Below are positions 35,287-49,724 of a stretch of DNA of 64,000 bases, in pieces. The number at the start of each line of letters is the position of its first letter. Positions within the stretch are counted from its first letter, which is position 1. The DNA lies in NCBI GenBank assembly GCA_019828565.1, contig JAHDYR010000045.1, forward strand, positions 10,680 to 74,679, read 5' to 3'. Position numbers and translations under genes: made by a program. The DNA is from Carpediemonas membranifera BICM. Its lineage: Eukaryota > Protista > Fornicata. The notes beneath the pieces were generated by a model. It was not told the DNA's origin and searched no databases. It was given only the letters and a program-made list of their open reading frames with translations.

Positions 35287-35550
35287 TAAAGTGCACCCTC
35301 GATCAATTGGTAGTCTTTGCAGACCACAAACGGTGATGACCTACCCTGCGTTGTCCCGGATCCGTGGCCACAGTCCAGTGCCAGTCCACCACACGCTCAA
35401 ACGGGAATCCGCTTCAATAAACACGTGGATGTGGTGGCATGCGGAGCGTTTGCACACAGTCCTAAGTGAGTGCTGGCTTACCCTAGCCTGGTGATCACAA
35501 CTAAAGCGAACTTGCAATTCTGCGAATCAGCAGGGGATTTAGTGACAAAA

Positions 35551-36099
<549 letters not shown>

Positions 36100-36422
36100 T
36101 TATTGGGGTGTTGTGTCCGTGAAGTTTTTTTTCACCCATACCATTTTTTTATCCACGTCCAGTTATTTCTGCACTCAGCACCACAGCCGGTCTGGCAAGC
36201 ATCCACCCTGGAGGATGTGAATACGGACCGAATGGTGCGCTCATGAAGATTCTGGAGAGTTGGAAGTCAGGGCCTTTACCTGCACTGCTCTGCACCAAGT
36301 GAGCACACCCTTGCACGTTCCTGCGACGAAATCATTCATCGTGATCCGGAGCCAGAGATTCGGTGTTTCTCTGTCGAAACAACTTTATCGGACGCTGGAT
36401 TTACGAGAAAAAACGAATATGG

Positions 36423-36807
36423 TCACCCCATCTGCAAATCAAGGTCAGGATTGTCGATAGCAAGCTCGATGATAGCCTGCCAGTCGCTGTCGTTGCCCAA
36501 CCGGACGGATTTGTAGAACGCTCGCGAGGCCGCTTCTGGCTGGCCGCAATGATGGAGGGAATAGGCCAATATGTGCTGTGCCTCCTTCAATGTCGCATCA
36601 TTACGCAGACAATGCTTCACAGCCTCGATAGCGAACGGGTAATTGTGCAATTTGTAGAATCCACGAGAAACATAGAGCCAGGAGATCGCATCTGGATAAA
36701 AACGACTGACAATACGTACCTTCTGGCAAGAACCCTACGTTTTCGAGCAGGTGGTCATTAAGCGACAGTGTCGCCATCAATAGTTTTTCGAACAGTATAG
36801 CGATCAT
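36423..36807 (-). CDS. Small TPR-like protein, copy 2
   Basis: Duplicate of 34902-35286. Confidence 0.65.
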
Positions 36808-37071
36808 TAAAGTGCACCCTCGATCAATTGGTAGTCTTTGCAGACCACAAACGGTGATGACCTACCCTGCGTTGTCCCGGATCCGTGGCCACAGTCCAGT
36901 GCCAGTCCACCACACGCTCAAACGGGAATCCGCTTCAATAAACACGTGGATGTGGTGGCATGCGGAGCGTTTGCACACAGTCCTAAGTGAGTGCTGGCTT
37001 ACCCTAGCCTGGTGATCACAACTAAAGCGAACTTGCAATTCTGCGAATCAGCAGGGGATTTAGTGACAAAA

Positions 37072-37620
<549 letters not shown>

Positions 37621-37907
37621 TTATTGGGGTGTTGTGTCCGTGAAGTTTTTTTTGCCGAAAAAAAAATCAGGACGGGATTTAAGAGAAGACGGAAGACGAC
37701 CACCCGTCAGTTGCAGATCGAGGCGGAGCTCGACGCCTTGGTATTTCGCTGCATCCTGCTCGACATGCTTGAGAATCACCAATAAATGTGAGAGACTTAA
37801 CCCGACCTGGCAGCCACCAACTCAGAGCAATCCAAGGCCGAGCCAGCCTCGGTGCCCACCGTGAAGCGGACATGGTCACACTGTCCCAGCTCCATCCCAA
37901 GCTCCAT

Positions 37908-38083
37908 CACCAAGAACCCCAGGAACGGCCAGATCATCATGACGAACTGGGAAGAAAATAAGTTCTGCACTGGAAGGGGGTGCCATCAGAACCCTTGAAG
38001 GGGCGGCCATATGATCATAGGCAACTCTGACACACTCGAACGGGCCGGCACGACTCCTGCTCCTCTAGATCGACTCCGAATGA
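37908..38083 (+). pseudogene. Degenerate relic of the LINE upstream ORF
   Basis: TKNPRNGQIIMTNWEEN...IIGN matches TKNPKLGQIIMTNWEEN...IIGN at 5262-5442. Confidence 0.8.
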
Positions 38084-38205
38084 AGAGAGACGGACGGATA
38101 GAGACCCCGAGGAACGCCACCGCACAGCGCGATGAGTTCAGCGGGGCGAGACGTAACCTCCAGACAGGATCGGTCGGAATATTCGGCGCTTGGCCGATCC
38201 CCTAG

Positions 38206-38335
38206 AACGCCTTATGTGCGGAGAGCGGTTTCCAAGGCCGACGCCTCAGCAGCTCTGTCCGCGCTCCGCGACGCTGCTAAGAGTGCGGTCGAGCTGGCCC
38301 ACTTTGACCCCGCGAGGCCGATAGACCTTTTTACG
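38206..38335 (+). pseudogene. Gypsy RT-RNase H connection fragment
   Basis: AALSALRDAAKSAVELAHFDPARPIDLFT. Confidence 0.55.
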
Positions 38336-39896
38336 ATACGCCACACTGCTACTGCTACTGGCAAGAATCAGGTTTCAGAAATCAGCTGACTCTGTGAGAA
38401 GCTGTAGCGGCTACGCTCGGGCGTTCAGCCATTCGCTGAGAGCGTGCGATTGTGACCTCTGACCTCAAGAAGCGGACATGCAAGTCCCCGCGCTGCCGCT
38501 CACACGCCGCTCCAGCCATACCCAGCGTCCGGCCCACATGACCCCCGAGCCCACTCGCACCATCGAGGTCAAACATGCTGCACCGGCTGCATTCCCTCGT
38601 CGGGACCGGCGTCTCGCTCCACAAGTAACCAGGCGGTACAGCGTCCCGGCAATTCGCTGACGGCAGATGTCGTTCGCTCCGCGGTCTGTTCACACGTGTG
38701 AATGTGTGCCGTTCGTGTGGTTCTGTCCTGGTCGCGTCGGTAATCCCGAGCGTGCTTTGCCTTGTTGGGGTTCATCGCAATCAGCCCATCCACAACTCTA
38801 TCGATCTCTCAGTCACCTCGGCAATAAACTGCTCGTCATCCTCGTCGTATCATGGTGTCACATTGGGGATGGTGAACGGAGTGAGCAAATCTGGCAAATC
38901 AGTTTACCCGGTACCGAGCTGGCTGAGCGGCCAGAAGAACAAACTGCCTAATGCCGGCTTGTGCTTCTCATCACTCTTTGCTTTTGTCCTCACGCTCCTC
39001 AATCCGACGGAGACGACCTTGACGCTCGATCCAAGATAAATAGAACAACACTGGCAGCAGCGCGTCAGCCAGTCCGTGGTAGCGCCTTGCCCTTGAGGCC
39101 AGGTCAACGCTTGGATAGCTGAGCGATGAATAATGTGCAGCTGTGCGCGGCAAGAGCGGGCTCGCATCACATGTGGGCAATTCTGGCAAATGGAAATTTC
39201 GGACGAAAATGACCCCCCATGGGTGTGACTCACAGATGGGGGCTCCACGCCGCGGGCTTGCCCTCCCGCATACACTCGCCAACCGCCAGCAGCTGCTGGG
39301 TCGTCCAAGTGTATCATCTAGGCTCACTGTCCTAGGTCCATCTGATGTCCGCGCGGCAGTCTCACGCCGCCCGCGCGCTCCTAGCTAGAAGCCGGGTTCC
39401 GCGCCGTGTAAGGTGGCGCGGATGTCCCGGTGTGCAGCAAGGGCCAGAGGCCAATGCAATACCACGGGTCCGAAGACGCCGTGGCGCACAGCTAGGATTT
39501 TGACATCATTAGATGGTGGCGGACTTACCTTGTTGCCGCTCCAGGGTCCCGTCGGAGCACCTGATTGATGTTGTTTAGTTCGGCACGAAGAAGTGACCGA
39601 AACTGAGAGAGAGTGAGGAATCGTGATCTATATGTGGTAAATGAGCATCCTAAACAGATATAGCAGCAGAGGTGCTTGGAGAGCGATTATATTCGTGCGC
39701 GCGAAGGAATGTGTGAAAAAAGTGGCGTCGAAAAAAGAGATACAGAAAAAAAAAGGATGACATATTCTGCATATTCTGCGCGGCCATCTCGAGGACGGCA
39801 GACGTTGCGTTCAAGGCTGTTAGTGGGGCAATCGCACTCTATTCAGGCCTAGTTGATGGTGTTACGCCATTGGGAGCGGGCTGAGGGTGGATCGTG

Positions 39897-40305
39897 TCAA
39901 ACTGAGTCGTCATTTTCGACGACTCAGAAACTAAGGTTGGGAGTTTAAAGACTAAGATGGGTCATCCATCCTGTATGAGCTTCTCTTGCAGTGCAATGGT
40001 GTGAGTTTCAGCCCTCCTTGAATCTATGCGCCATGTTCGAAGTCGGTCGAAATCGAAGATCGGATCGACTCCAAACGCATACTTCCAGTGTGCGCCCGCT
40101 GATAATGGCCCGGATCCAGATGTTAGAGGGCTATACAAGCTTTATGGCAGAGCGACAGTGATTCGACGGTTGTAGTCGAGGTGACGGCATCGCTCAGCTT
40201 CGGACCCAGTCTCGGGACGATTTCGAAAAGCAGGTGAACATGTCGCCAACCAAATCGATGGCCGATATAGCTTCGGAGTGGGCTCTAAAGCATGCATTCA
40301 CGCAC
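39897..40305. repeat. ~409-bp direct repeat, copy 1
   Basis: Near-identical to 43976-44384; begins with hairpin CTGAGTCGTC..GACGACTCAG. Confidence 0.9.
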
Positions 40306-40647
40306 CATGTAATACTTTATATACGTGACCTAATGTATCACATAAATACCCTGGAGCCCCGTGACAAGAGCTCGACGACAGTGACGTTAGCATCGGGGTA
40401 CATCCAAAGAAAGGGAACCCAGGCACAGTGGTAAATGTCACGCTCAGGGTCGACTGTCACTTCGAGCCGGTGTGAATGGGCGTGGCAATTTCGTCAGCAA
40501 GAGAAGGGTTGCCGTTCGAGCTGATGTAATGTTGTAGAGCTCCGCAAGGAAGCCGTAGAAGTTATGGATAGTTTCCAGCGATTCAGCCATTCCAGGGAAA
40601 GACACACAAAATGCGGCGCTATTTATATTCTATGTAATTCAATCCGA

Positions 40648-41643
40648 TTAGTAAAGCTTGGCAGTGTTAAGGGCGGCGGCCTCGACCTCCTGGGTGAGGT
40701 GGCAGTCCTCGAGTTGGACATCGTCCGAGAGATTGTGCATTCTCCTGATAAACAGGCGATACTTCTGCAGGCGGGAGGCGACGTTCTCCCTGGTAATCGA
40801 CTCAACGTTCATGAGGCTGAGTACGTTCTTGGGTACCGCTGACTTGATCCCGAGAGTGTGCACTGAGGAGACAAAGCGGTTGTGGAGCTCAGGGGTCCAC
40901 ACAAGACGACGGCGGCCGTCCTTGCCGAGCTTTCCCTCGGGACGGGTAGCGTATGCCTCGTCCTGGTGCGCCTCAAAGGCGGCCCGGTCCATGCGTGGGA
41001 AGCGGGGTCCAAGTGCCTGGGCCTGGAGGAAGGTGGAGTGTTTGGGGGCAGTCTTGCGGGCCTTCTTCTTGGTGGGCGCTGAGGCGGCGGCGGGAGCCTG
41101 TGTGGGAGCGGGAGCCATGACGACCTTATGCTGCACCATGGTCGTCTTGCGGACATAGAGGGACTTGGATGTCGCAAGAGGAGCAAGGCGTGTGGTGAAG
41201 ACAGGGACTGTGCTGGCCGAGTCCTTGTCGTCGGAAAGACCGGGGAAGTGCGCGATGGTTTGAGTTTCGACTTCGGGCTCGTTGATGCAGACGAACTCGT
41301 CCTTGTTGGCCTCAATGAGGCGAGGGAGCTCGAAGACTTCGACAGGGGCGACAGGGGCAGCTGTCGCAACAGGCATGGAGACCTGAGCAATGGAAGCAGG
41401 GTTCACGGGAGTGATAACGGGGACGGAAACACTGTCCAGGTTGAATTGAGGAATCCCAGAGAATGTAGATTGAGCCTGTGGCTGTACTTGGGGCTGAGAT
41501 TTGAACTGAGGAACAGCGGGAGCGGGCTCTTCAGAAAGAACTGGTACTGGTAGCTGCTTTCTGTTGGTTTCGAGGTCCATTTCAAAGGGACTATCGAAAT
41601 AGAGTGCCTCGCTGGCAAAGACGTCGTTCAGGAGGAAATCCAT
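40648..41643 (-). CDS. GARP-type (SHAQKYF-class) Myb transcription factor
   Basis: RRLVWTPELHNRFVSSVHTLG...AVPK...TRENVASRLQKYRL. Confidence 0.92.
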   Translation of the reverse strand: MDFLLNDVFASEALYFDSPFEMDLETNRKQLPVPVLSEEPAPAVPQFKSQPQVQPQAQSTFSGIPQFNLDSVSVPVITPVNPASIAQVSMPVATAAPVAPVEVFELPRLIEANKDEFVCINEPEVETQTIAHFPGLSDDKDSASTVPVFTTRLAPLATSKSLYVRKTTMVQHKVVMAPAPTQAPAAASAPTKKKARKTAPKHSTFLQAQALGPRFPRMDRAAFEAHQDEAYATRPEGKLGKDGRRRLVWTPELHNRFVSSVHTLGIKSAVPKNVLSLMNVESITRENVASRLQKYRLFIRRMHNLSDDVQLEDCHLTQEVEAAALNTAKLY

Positions 41644-41966
41644 GCGGTATTCGCCTAATTAGGAGCGAATGGTTTGATGCGAAATGACTCGAAACGACTG
41701 CATGATCACGCTGCCCTGACGATCGCGGACCGATCAAGAGCAGAAACAGACTCCAAATGACTGCTCGAAGCACCCCTAGGCTTGGTTAGGCCGCCCGAAG
41801 CCTTCCCGCCTATTCTCAATCACTTGAGCAGATCTTCGCATCTGACCCGGGTCGGATTATAGATTCGGGCAGCATAAAAATATTTTGAGACCATACCGCC
41901 CCAACGAAGGGCGTAGAGTACGCTAAAAGGGTTTAAAATGAGCGGTAAAGCTTTGTTCGGCCAAAT

Positions 41967-42986
41967 TCATCTGCCCCAATTTTCGCTCTCGGGTAGAGCG
42001 TATTCCTCTGCCTTGAGCTTCAGCTCTAGCGCCGCTTCAAAGATCTCTAGCGTCAGTGGCACGTGCTGTATGGTCATCATCACCTCTTCAAACGGCGCTT
42101 TCAAAATACTTTTCTTCAACGATCGCATATATGCCAACCCAACGCGGAATACAATGATAACGCCCTCGCAGCAGAAGCAATCGAAGATCCGCACGGCCAC
42201 CTCGAACGGGGCAGCGTATATGAAGAGCGTCATGAACCACTGGGTCGTGTAAAAGGACGCGTCGATGCTATGCCGGGCCAAGGCCTTGAAGATGGCCGGC
42301 TCGCGCTTGCTCAAGAGCTTGTTCCACTGCTTGAAGCGCACCTGGAGCTTGGGAAAGCCGGCATCAAAGATGCCAGGCATCCTATCAATAACTATCTGGC
42401 GCAGGGCCCAGAAGGCCTCCTTCTCGGACATGTACATAAGGAGTACGCCCGATATAAACCCCATGCCCTGGCAATACCCAACCTCTGGCTTATAGCAGGC
42501 GAAGGCGTTGAGGTTTCTCTCCAGCGCGTCCCTCCCAACTGCTTCCCCAGCCCGCCCCTCTGAAGCTCTGAACATGGCGTGGGACGGGAACGTCCTTTCA
42601 ATGTCTCTCGCGATGGTGGACCTGGCCTCCTCGTTCGTCTTGGTGAGTAGCGCGTCGTACGAGCTCTTGTTGCCGAGCTCGTGGTGTTGGTAGAGGACAG
42701 TCGACTGGAGAAGCTTCTGCCACACGGCGCCGCGGAATTGCTCAGGTATCCCCTTGCGGACACGCTGTCTAAACTTCGGAGTGTGATGGAATGTGCACCA
42801 GTTGGAGGGACGAAGCATCCATGTCCACTTAACGACCCTGGAATGCTCTTTCTCGATAGCTTGTCGCGTAGGAAGCCTCACGGGCCCGCTGGCGTCTGTA
42901 TTGACAATGAATCCATATCTGTCTAGCTGAGCAACGTTTTCCTGTCGTGGTGAGTCTGGAGCCTCCATTGGGAGGCTGTTGGACAA
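41967..42986 (-). CDS. TBC-domain Rab GAP
   Basis: DRYGF, RKGIP..RGAVW, IARDIERTFP, GYCQGMGF, QWFMTLF. Confidence 0.93.
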   Translation of the reverse strand: MSNSLPMEAPDSPRQENVAQLDRYGFIVNTDASGPVRLPTRQAIEKEHSRVVKWTWMLRPSNWCTFHHTPKFRQRVRKGIPEQFRGAVWQKLLQSTVLYQHHELGNKSSYDALLTKTNEEARSTIARDIERTFPSHAMFRASEGRAGEAVGRDALERNLNAFACYKPEVGYCQGMGFISGVLLMYMSEKEAFWALRQIVIDRMPGIFDAGFPKLQVRFKQWNKLLSKREPAIFKALARHSIDASFYTTQWFMTLFIYAAPFEVAVRIFDCFCCEGVIIVFRVGLAYMRSLKKSILKAPFEEVMMTIQHVPLTLEIFEAALELKLKAEEYALPESENWGR

Positions 42987-43241
42987 GATTTCGGTGTTGT
43001 TGACGAACGCAGATTATGCCTGGGATCACGTAGAGCCTGCCCAAGTCTGAATGCGGCCTGAATGAGTCTAGCTTAGACGTAGCGTCTCAGCTGGAGACGT
43101 TTCTCTCAAACATTTGACAAGCAACTGCGTTTCAAGTCTGCACTCACCTTCCCAACCGCGGAACAACCTCTGGTCTCAACAGACCTGTCAATGCATGGGC
43201 TAGGTATGGGCATAGTTTTACATTTATGAGTGAAAACAAGT

Positions 43242-43793
43242 CTATTCTTCATCATCCCAGATGTGGAATCCCGTTGGCTTCTTGACCGGCATCGGAGGTC
43301 TCTCGCTCGGCTCGTGGGCGTAAGGGAGGTTAAGCTTCTGCTCGATGTTGGAGGCGTTTGTGACGTCAGAGCTGGCCTTCCCATAGTACGTAGCCTTCTC
43401 CTCGCCGGCCCCATGGGTCGGGCACGACTGGAGATATGCGGGGAGGTCCTCCTTCACGACCTTCTTGCTCACACACTCCTCGCTGACGATACGGGAGGAG
43501 TCTGAGGTGTATGTGGCCATGCTCACCGTGCGGTAGTCCGTCTTGGCCTCGTCTTGGCGGAAAACAGGGTTCAAACCTCTCTGGATTACACGCTCCTTCT
43601 GCTCCTCGGTTCTTTTCACTGGTTTAGGAGAGTCTCTGGTGATTTGGGTGTCATTGGAGTAACTTGTGCGCCAATCGGCCGTTGTTGATTCATGGAACTC
43701 GAAAGGAGAGCCATTTTGGCGGTCCTCGTACTATGTAACGTAAGAATAGTGTAGACGTACCCAGTTCCCCTGCTTAGTCCCCTTGGAGTACAT
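43242..43793 (-). CDS. NWE-module ciliary microtubule inner protein-like (CFAP68/95/107/161 type); intron 43731-43760
   Basis: Exon 1 MYSKGTKQGNW, a 30-nt GTACGT..ATAG intron, then YEDRQ... in frame with track ORF 43242-43619. Confidence 0.6.
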
Positions 43794-43975
43794 GTTTGGT
43801 GAGTTGTTTTCTGAATCGTTTGCTCATAATATTTCCCTGCTCAAAAGGCCGGTTCATGTCGGACCCAGTCCGATAAGCCCGTCCACATGTCCGTATGATC
43901 ACGCGAAGAATGCTTCAATGTGTAATTTCTGTGGGACATCTCTTCCGAGGCTGGCCGTCTGGACTACCAGTGGGC

Positions 43976-44384
43976 TCAAACTGAGTCGTCATTTTCGACG
44001 ACTCAGAAACTAAGGTTGGGAGTTTAAAGACTAAGATGGGTCATCCATCCTGTATGAGCTTCTCTTGCAGTGCAATGGTGTGAGTTTCAGCCCTCCTTGA
44101 ATCTATGCGCCATGTTCGAAGTCGGTCGAAATCGAAGATCGGATCGACTCCAAACGCATACTTCCAGTGTGCGCCCGCTGATAATGGCCCGGATCCAGAT
44201 GTTAGAGGGCTATACAAGCTTTATGGCAGAGCGACAGTGATTCGACGGTTGTAGTCGAGGTGACGGCATCGCTCAGCTTCGGACCCAGTCTCGGGACGAT
44301 TTCGAAAAGCAGGTGAACATGTCGCCAACCAAATCGATGGCCGATATAGCTTCGGAGTGGGCTCTAAAGCATGCATTCGCGCAC
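43976..44384. repeat. ~409-bp direct repeat, copy 2
   Basis: See 39897-40305. Confidence 0.9.
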
Positions 44385-44556
44385 AATTTTGACTGATGGT
44401 GTCTGGGTTGACATGGGTCTGACCGACCCAGACCGATTTTGCTGTGTGCCAGAGGGCTAGCCTCCTGGTCTGCCCTCGCGCACGCCTGGCCCCTCCTCTC
44501 CCCTGTGTTGATTTGCCTCCTTGTTCCCTTGCAGTATCGGTGTGGGGTGTTCATTC

Positions 44557-44624
44557 GAAAGAAAGAAATGAAAGAAATTTACGTTTGCCTGGTGTCTGGC
44601 CCCGGACTGAGCTTGCTTTCCCAT
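44557..44624 (-). mobile_element. 3' terminus of a third LINE-family copy
   Basis: Minus strand CAGGCAAACGTAAATTTCTTTCATTTCTTTCTTTC versus CAGGATACGTTAAATTTCTTTCTTTC at 12327-12357. Confidence 0.6.
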
Positions 44625-46199
44625 TGTGGCGTTTCCTGTCTCCTTGCTGCCGAGTCATTGAGTTTTGCCAGATAAAACCACCTTTACCTTTTTGCCTAGC
44701 ATACGGCACAATGTCGACATTAGCAAGTATGGAGGTTCGGAGTTCGAACGCCAAGGTCAAGCGGTGGGCAGACGCTATCGCAGACCTAGATTTCGAGATC
44801 AAGCACGTCGCGGGTCTCGATAACGGCGCAGCCGACGGACTATCCCGAGTTTACACTCTGCGGACGACGGCGTCACAATCCGACATTAAGGCAGCCCACG
44901 AATTCGCAGGCGCCCATCTATCGAGGCATATGACGATGGAGAGACTATGGGCTGACAACCTCGTCGTGTCCAGGTCTGCCGTGGATGAATTCGTTTCGGA
45001 ATGCCCAGTCTGCCAAGTCACAGAGAGACCAACAGTCGACTAGCCAGATGGATTATATACCGCTGTTGACGAACCGTTCCGAAGGGTAGCGATCGACACG
45101 ATGGGCCCGTTTCCTCCGATCGACGGCATGAAGTACGTGACCGTCATTATCGACATGTGCTCGAGATGGACGGAGCTCGTCCCCGTAGCATCGACCACTG
45201 GGAAAGACGCTGCAAACGCATTCGTCAACGCATGGGTCCTGAGATACGGCTGCCCGGAGGTACTCCAATCTGACGGTGGACCCGAGTTCCACAATCAGCT
45301 CTTCGCGCGTCTCTCTTCAGAGATGGGGTTCAAGACGCACATAACCACACCGCACCACCCGCAGAGTAACGGGATGGTAGAACGGGCGAACAGAGAAGTC
45401 GAGCGCATCCTCATCGCCAGAAAGTTTCATTTACATGATACTAATTGGCTCCACCATTTACCTGCCGCGCAATTTATTGTTAACTCCTGCCCAAGAGTGG
45501 CGACCAGACTGACGCCAGCCGAAGTAATGTTCGGCCATAACCTCGTCCCTAACACTCTATTTGTCAGCGAGGACCAAACTAAGACCGGCAGGACGCAAGA
45601 TAACCTGAAGGCGGCCGAGGCGTGCGTACTGTTAGCCAAGGCGAGAATACAGGCACGCCGAGAGGACGCGCTGGCCAAAGCTACATCATCAAGAAAAGAG
45701 CTGCTTTCGCGATTCGTCATGGTCAAGTATCCCAGCAGACCACCCAACAAGATGTCTCCCGGCTGGAGAGGACCGATGCGCAGAGTCAAGTGCATTAAGA
45801 AAGACGGAGTGCCCGTGGCTTACATCGTTCAGAACCTCAGCGAAGATCGCAAAATGGGAAGACGATCACCGTGGACTCCGCCAGAGTGAGAAGGTTCAAT
45901 TCGGGAGGACTATCAGAAGCACAAGTAGCGAAGTTGGCTGCCACTAGTGTTGATGAGTTCGAGGTTGACAGAATCTCGGCAGCACGTGGCGCCGGCCCAA
46001 TGTCCAAGAGAGAATACCTAGTACACTGGGTTGGGTTCGAAGACGAGGAAGCCTCATGGGAACCGTATGCCAACGTCAAGGATGCAGTGGCGCTGGACGA
46101 GTTCCTACAGAGCGAGAAAAGAACATAGACCTGCTACTGTATGTACCTGTAAAGGGCAGGTGAGGTCAAGCATTTCATTTAATCCTCATCACTGGTAAG
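44625..46199 (+). mobile_element. Internally deleted or chimeric Gypsy: 5' LTR (~44625-44710), RH end-IN-chromodomain, PPT, partial 3' LTR from 46161
   Basis: ...GGCACA then palindrome; AIDTMGP, QSDGG, SNGMVER, VHWVGF; in-frame TAG at 45041; PPT AAAGGGCAGG. Confidence 0.8.
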
Positions 46200-47370
46200 T
46201 GTTGTGATATAGATAGATTTCGGTGCATTTTAAGGTAAACAGTTCACGTCCACAACAGTAATTACTGCAAGATGACTAGGAACGAAGCTCTTAAGAAGCC
46301 CATTCTCGATTCTTTCGAGTTTGGTGCACTCCAGCGCCATCTGTCACGTTGTGTTAGCTGTCCCAATCAGTTCTTTTATGATTGGTCAATGATCGTCAAA
46401 GTCAATTTAAAGTTAGTTCATCGTTTCCCTTCGGTGTTCCTGTCCCCTGCCCGTCACAGTTATATAACTTTCGATTAAGGCTACTTTCCCGATGAACATT
46501 GACGCCCTGTCTAACTTTTTGGCCCCATGGTTGAATTCGGCTAAGCCGAAATCATGGTACTCGTTCCGAGACAATTACCGTTCTTTTAACGCCCGCACGA
46601 ACTCCGAAATTCCGATCTTCAGTCTCATTAGCCAATTGTTATTCAGCTCCTGGAGATGAGTGATCCTGAGCTCCATGCCTTCATCGCAGAAGCGCGCGCG
46701 GCACTTGAATCTCCTCGTGTGCCTGAAGTGGCCGAGGAGAATGTAGGCCAGATCGCTATGGTCGCCGCCGCGCCTGCAGAAGAAGAAGAGGACGAAGACA
46801 CGTCTGACGACTCCGACTCATCCTCTTCCGATGATGACGATGAGCTGGCTCCCCCTCCCGAAGACTGGAATGAGGCTTTTATTGATCGCGTGAACCGCAT
46901 CTTCGCCCCCCTTGATAAGCAAGATGCTCTCGACCGGTTCGACGATATCAAGTTCCCCGACGGTAACCTCTACGAGTCCATGCTAACCTACGTGTTCCTT
47001 TACTCGCGGATGATTATGAACTGCGCGCATGTCCGTCCGAAGGAGTCTTCGTTAGTTCAGAAGTTCCTGACCAACGTGCGCGGAGACCGTCTACGTGAGC
47101 GCTGCGCCACCTACAAGGACAAGCGATCGTTTGAACGAACGGCTCAGGCAGCTATTGCGCAAGCCAGAAAGGCTGAGCAAGCGGAGAGAGAAGGTCGCCG
47201 GTCCAAGAGTAAAGGGCAGGCATACGTTGACTTTCTCCTCGCAGCTCTGACCCAAGGTAAGCCAAGCCAAGCCTCTGCTCGTCCCCTGTTCCCGATCCGC
47301 CTCCTGCAGTGCCCCTCATCTGCGTTGTACGACACTGGCGCCACGGCCAACTTTATCTCAGAAGAGCTAG
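46200..47370 (+). mobile_element. Gypsy 5' fragment: 58-bp LTR (46200-46257), gag, protease start
   Basis: 7-bp terminal inverted repeat TGTTGTG/CACAACA; ATG at 46272; gag-like 46656-47393 ending in YDTGATANFIS. Confidence 0.7.
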
Positions 47371-49724
47371 TGTCATGGCTGATGCCACTCTAGGCTCGAT
47401 CAGTATTTATTTTTAGCCGATACGATACGGTCCCGGCTGGCCCGCGGCACCGTATCGCAATCTATTAAATACTTCCTCACCAGGTTTTGCTAGCACGCCC
47501 CAAAGGCACGGCACAGTTTTAAAACTAGTCCACAACAACCACCATGTTCAGCAATATCAGCACCAGCAATTTCCCTAAGCTCCGCGAGCTCACCCGCTCC
47601 GGGGTGAAAGCCTATCGCCAAGAAGTTGACAGACTGAAAGTCTTCTTCCCCAATGCGAACTACCGAGTCTTCCTTGATGAGACGTATATTGACGCCGTTG
47701 AGAGACAGACTGACGCAAAAATCCAAGACCTCTCTGATGACCAGGTCTCCGAAGCCCTCGACGCTCTTGTTGCTCCCCGCAACGCCGACGAGTGGGTCAG
47801 AGAACTCCAGCACACTCGCTGCACCATGCCCACGCTCGCTCCGCCCAAAGTCACTCGTCGAGGCACCGTCCGTTTATTTGCCACGCAATTCCGCGCCGTC
47901 TACGCCTCCCGCACTGAGGTAGATTTCCCCGATGAGGAACAACCGGAGGAGGACGACACCGATGACGATGACGACGAGAAGGTCGACAAGCCTGAGAAGA
48001 AGGCCGCCAAGATCTTCATCAGCAACCTGCGCCCGTACCCCCTACAACGCGCCGTACGCCTGAAGACCGAATTAGCGGTCGCCACCACCCTCTCGCTCGA
48101 AGACACCATCACTCTCGCCCTCGAGGCCGCCGATGAAGAAGACGAGCTTGCCCAGACTGCCCTGATCAAGGGCTACGAGCTCGTTCCCATCAAGCAGAAG
48201 AAGGACGCGGACAACGACGATGAGGCCCCTTCCAAGCCTAAGAAGCCTGCTGTCAAGAAGAACACCGCACCCCCAGCCCGAGCAAACGACGTCAATCCGG
48301 GCAACCGCGCCCCTCCTGCTCCCTGTGAGAAGTGCGGTGACAACCACTGGAATTCCGAGTGTCCGACTGCCGAGAAGCCTGCCTTCAAACCCAAGTTCAC
48401 GCGTGACAACGGCCGTCTGCGCCCCAATCCTCCCCGTAAGGAGCGTGTAGACACAGTCGACGCGCACACCCCCCAGCAGGGCCCGCTCACCCTGAACGGC
48501 CATATAAATGGCCTGGAGTATCCGATTGTTATTGATACGGGGGCGGGAGTCACATGCGTTTCGAGTGGTTTAGCAGAGCATTTATACCAACGCACGAGCT
48601 GCGAAGTCGTCACAGGCAGAAAGACCTCCGCAGCTGTCGCAACCGGCGACTCATTCACTAGCGACAGATACCTCCGAGTTACCGTTGCCCTGCCCAGGCC
48701 CGCGGGCTACGACACTGAGATCTCGCTACTGGCCCTCATTATTCCAGGAGATGTGCCAAAGTTCCTATTAGGAACGGACGTACTCCGCAGACTTGGGATC
48801 CTCACCGAAGATTCCCTGAGCCTGTCGTTCCCATCCGATACCGCTGTTTCAGCCGACGACGATGACGATATAGCCGTCGACAACGTTGCACCCTGAGGAT
48901 ATGAAGCAGTAACAGTCCCGGAGCTCAAGGAGGACATTCTGCCCCTTCTCCGAGAGCATTCACAAGTATTCGAGCCTGAGCTGCCCTCAGAAGGTTCCAA
49001 GCTCGATCCTCTCCACATCAGGCTCACGGATGACGTCCTCATACAGGCGAAGCCACGCCCTATCGCTGATCCAGCTCTCAGAGCGCAAGTACATGCTGAA
49101 ATCCAGCGCTGGCGCTCGCAAGGTATCGTTCGAGACTCCGAAGGCCCTTTCTCTGCCCCCCATCGTGATCGTTAAGCACGGCCACAAGTCTGGGAAGATC
49201 CGCGTGTGCGTTGACTACACCCGAATCAATGCGTACATCCAGGATGATCATTTCCCCCTCCCCGACTTACGACTGTTTGCCAGGGAGGCGGCCGGCGCTC
49301 AGTATTTCGCCTCGTTAGACCTGCGCTCAGGTTATCACCAGATGCGAGTCCACCCTGATGATATCGCACTCACAGCAACTGTCACCCCGGACGACTACGT
49401 GGAATTCTGCCGCGTACCCTTCGGAATCAAAACAGCCCCCGCGGCCTTCCAGCGAGCTATGCAGAAAGTCCTCGCACCCGTACTCCACCGAGGCGCGGCG
49501 GTTTACATCGACGACATACTGCTATATGGCCGCACAAAGGCTGAATTCCTCGCTTGTCTCCAAAAGACACTACAACTCCTCAAGGACGCGAACCTACGCC
49601 TCAGCGCCGAGAAGTGCACGATCGGCAGCCGATCCGTCAAGGTCGTGGGCTTCATCCTCTCCGCTGACGGCATCCGCATCGACCCGGACAGGATCGCCGC
49701 CCTCAAGGAGCTCACGGTCCCCCA
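47371..49724 (+). mobile_element. Gypsy 5' half: LTR (~47371-47515), gag-PR-RT, truncated by the next element
   Basis: CEKCGDNHWNSEC, IDTGAG, LDLRSGYHQ, YIDD; LTR start approximate. Confidence 0.85.
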
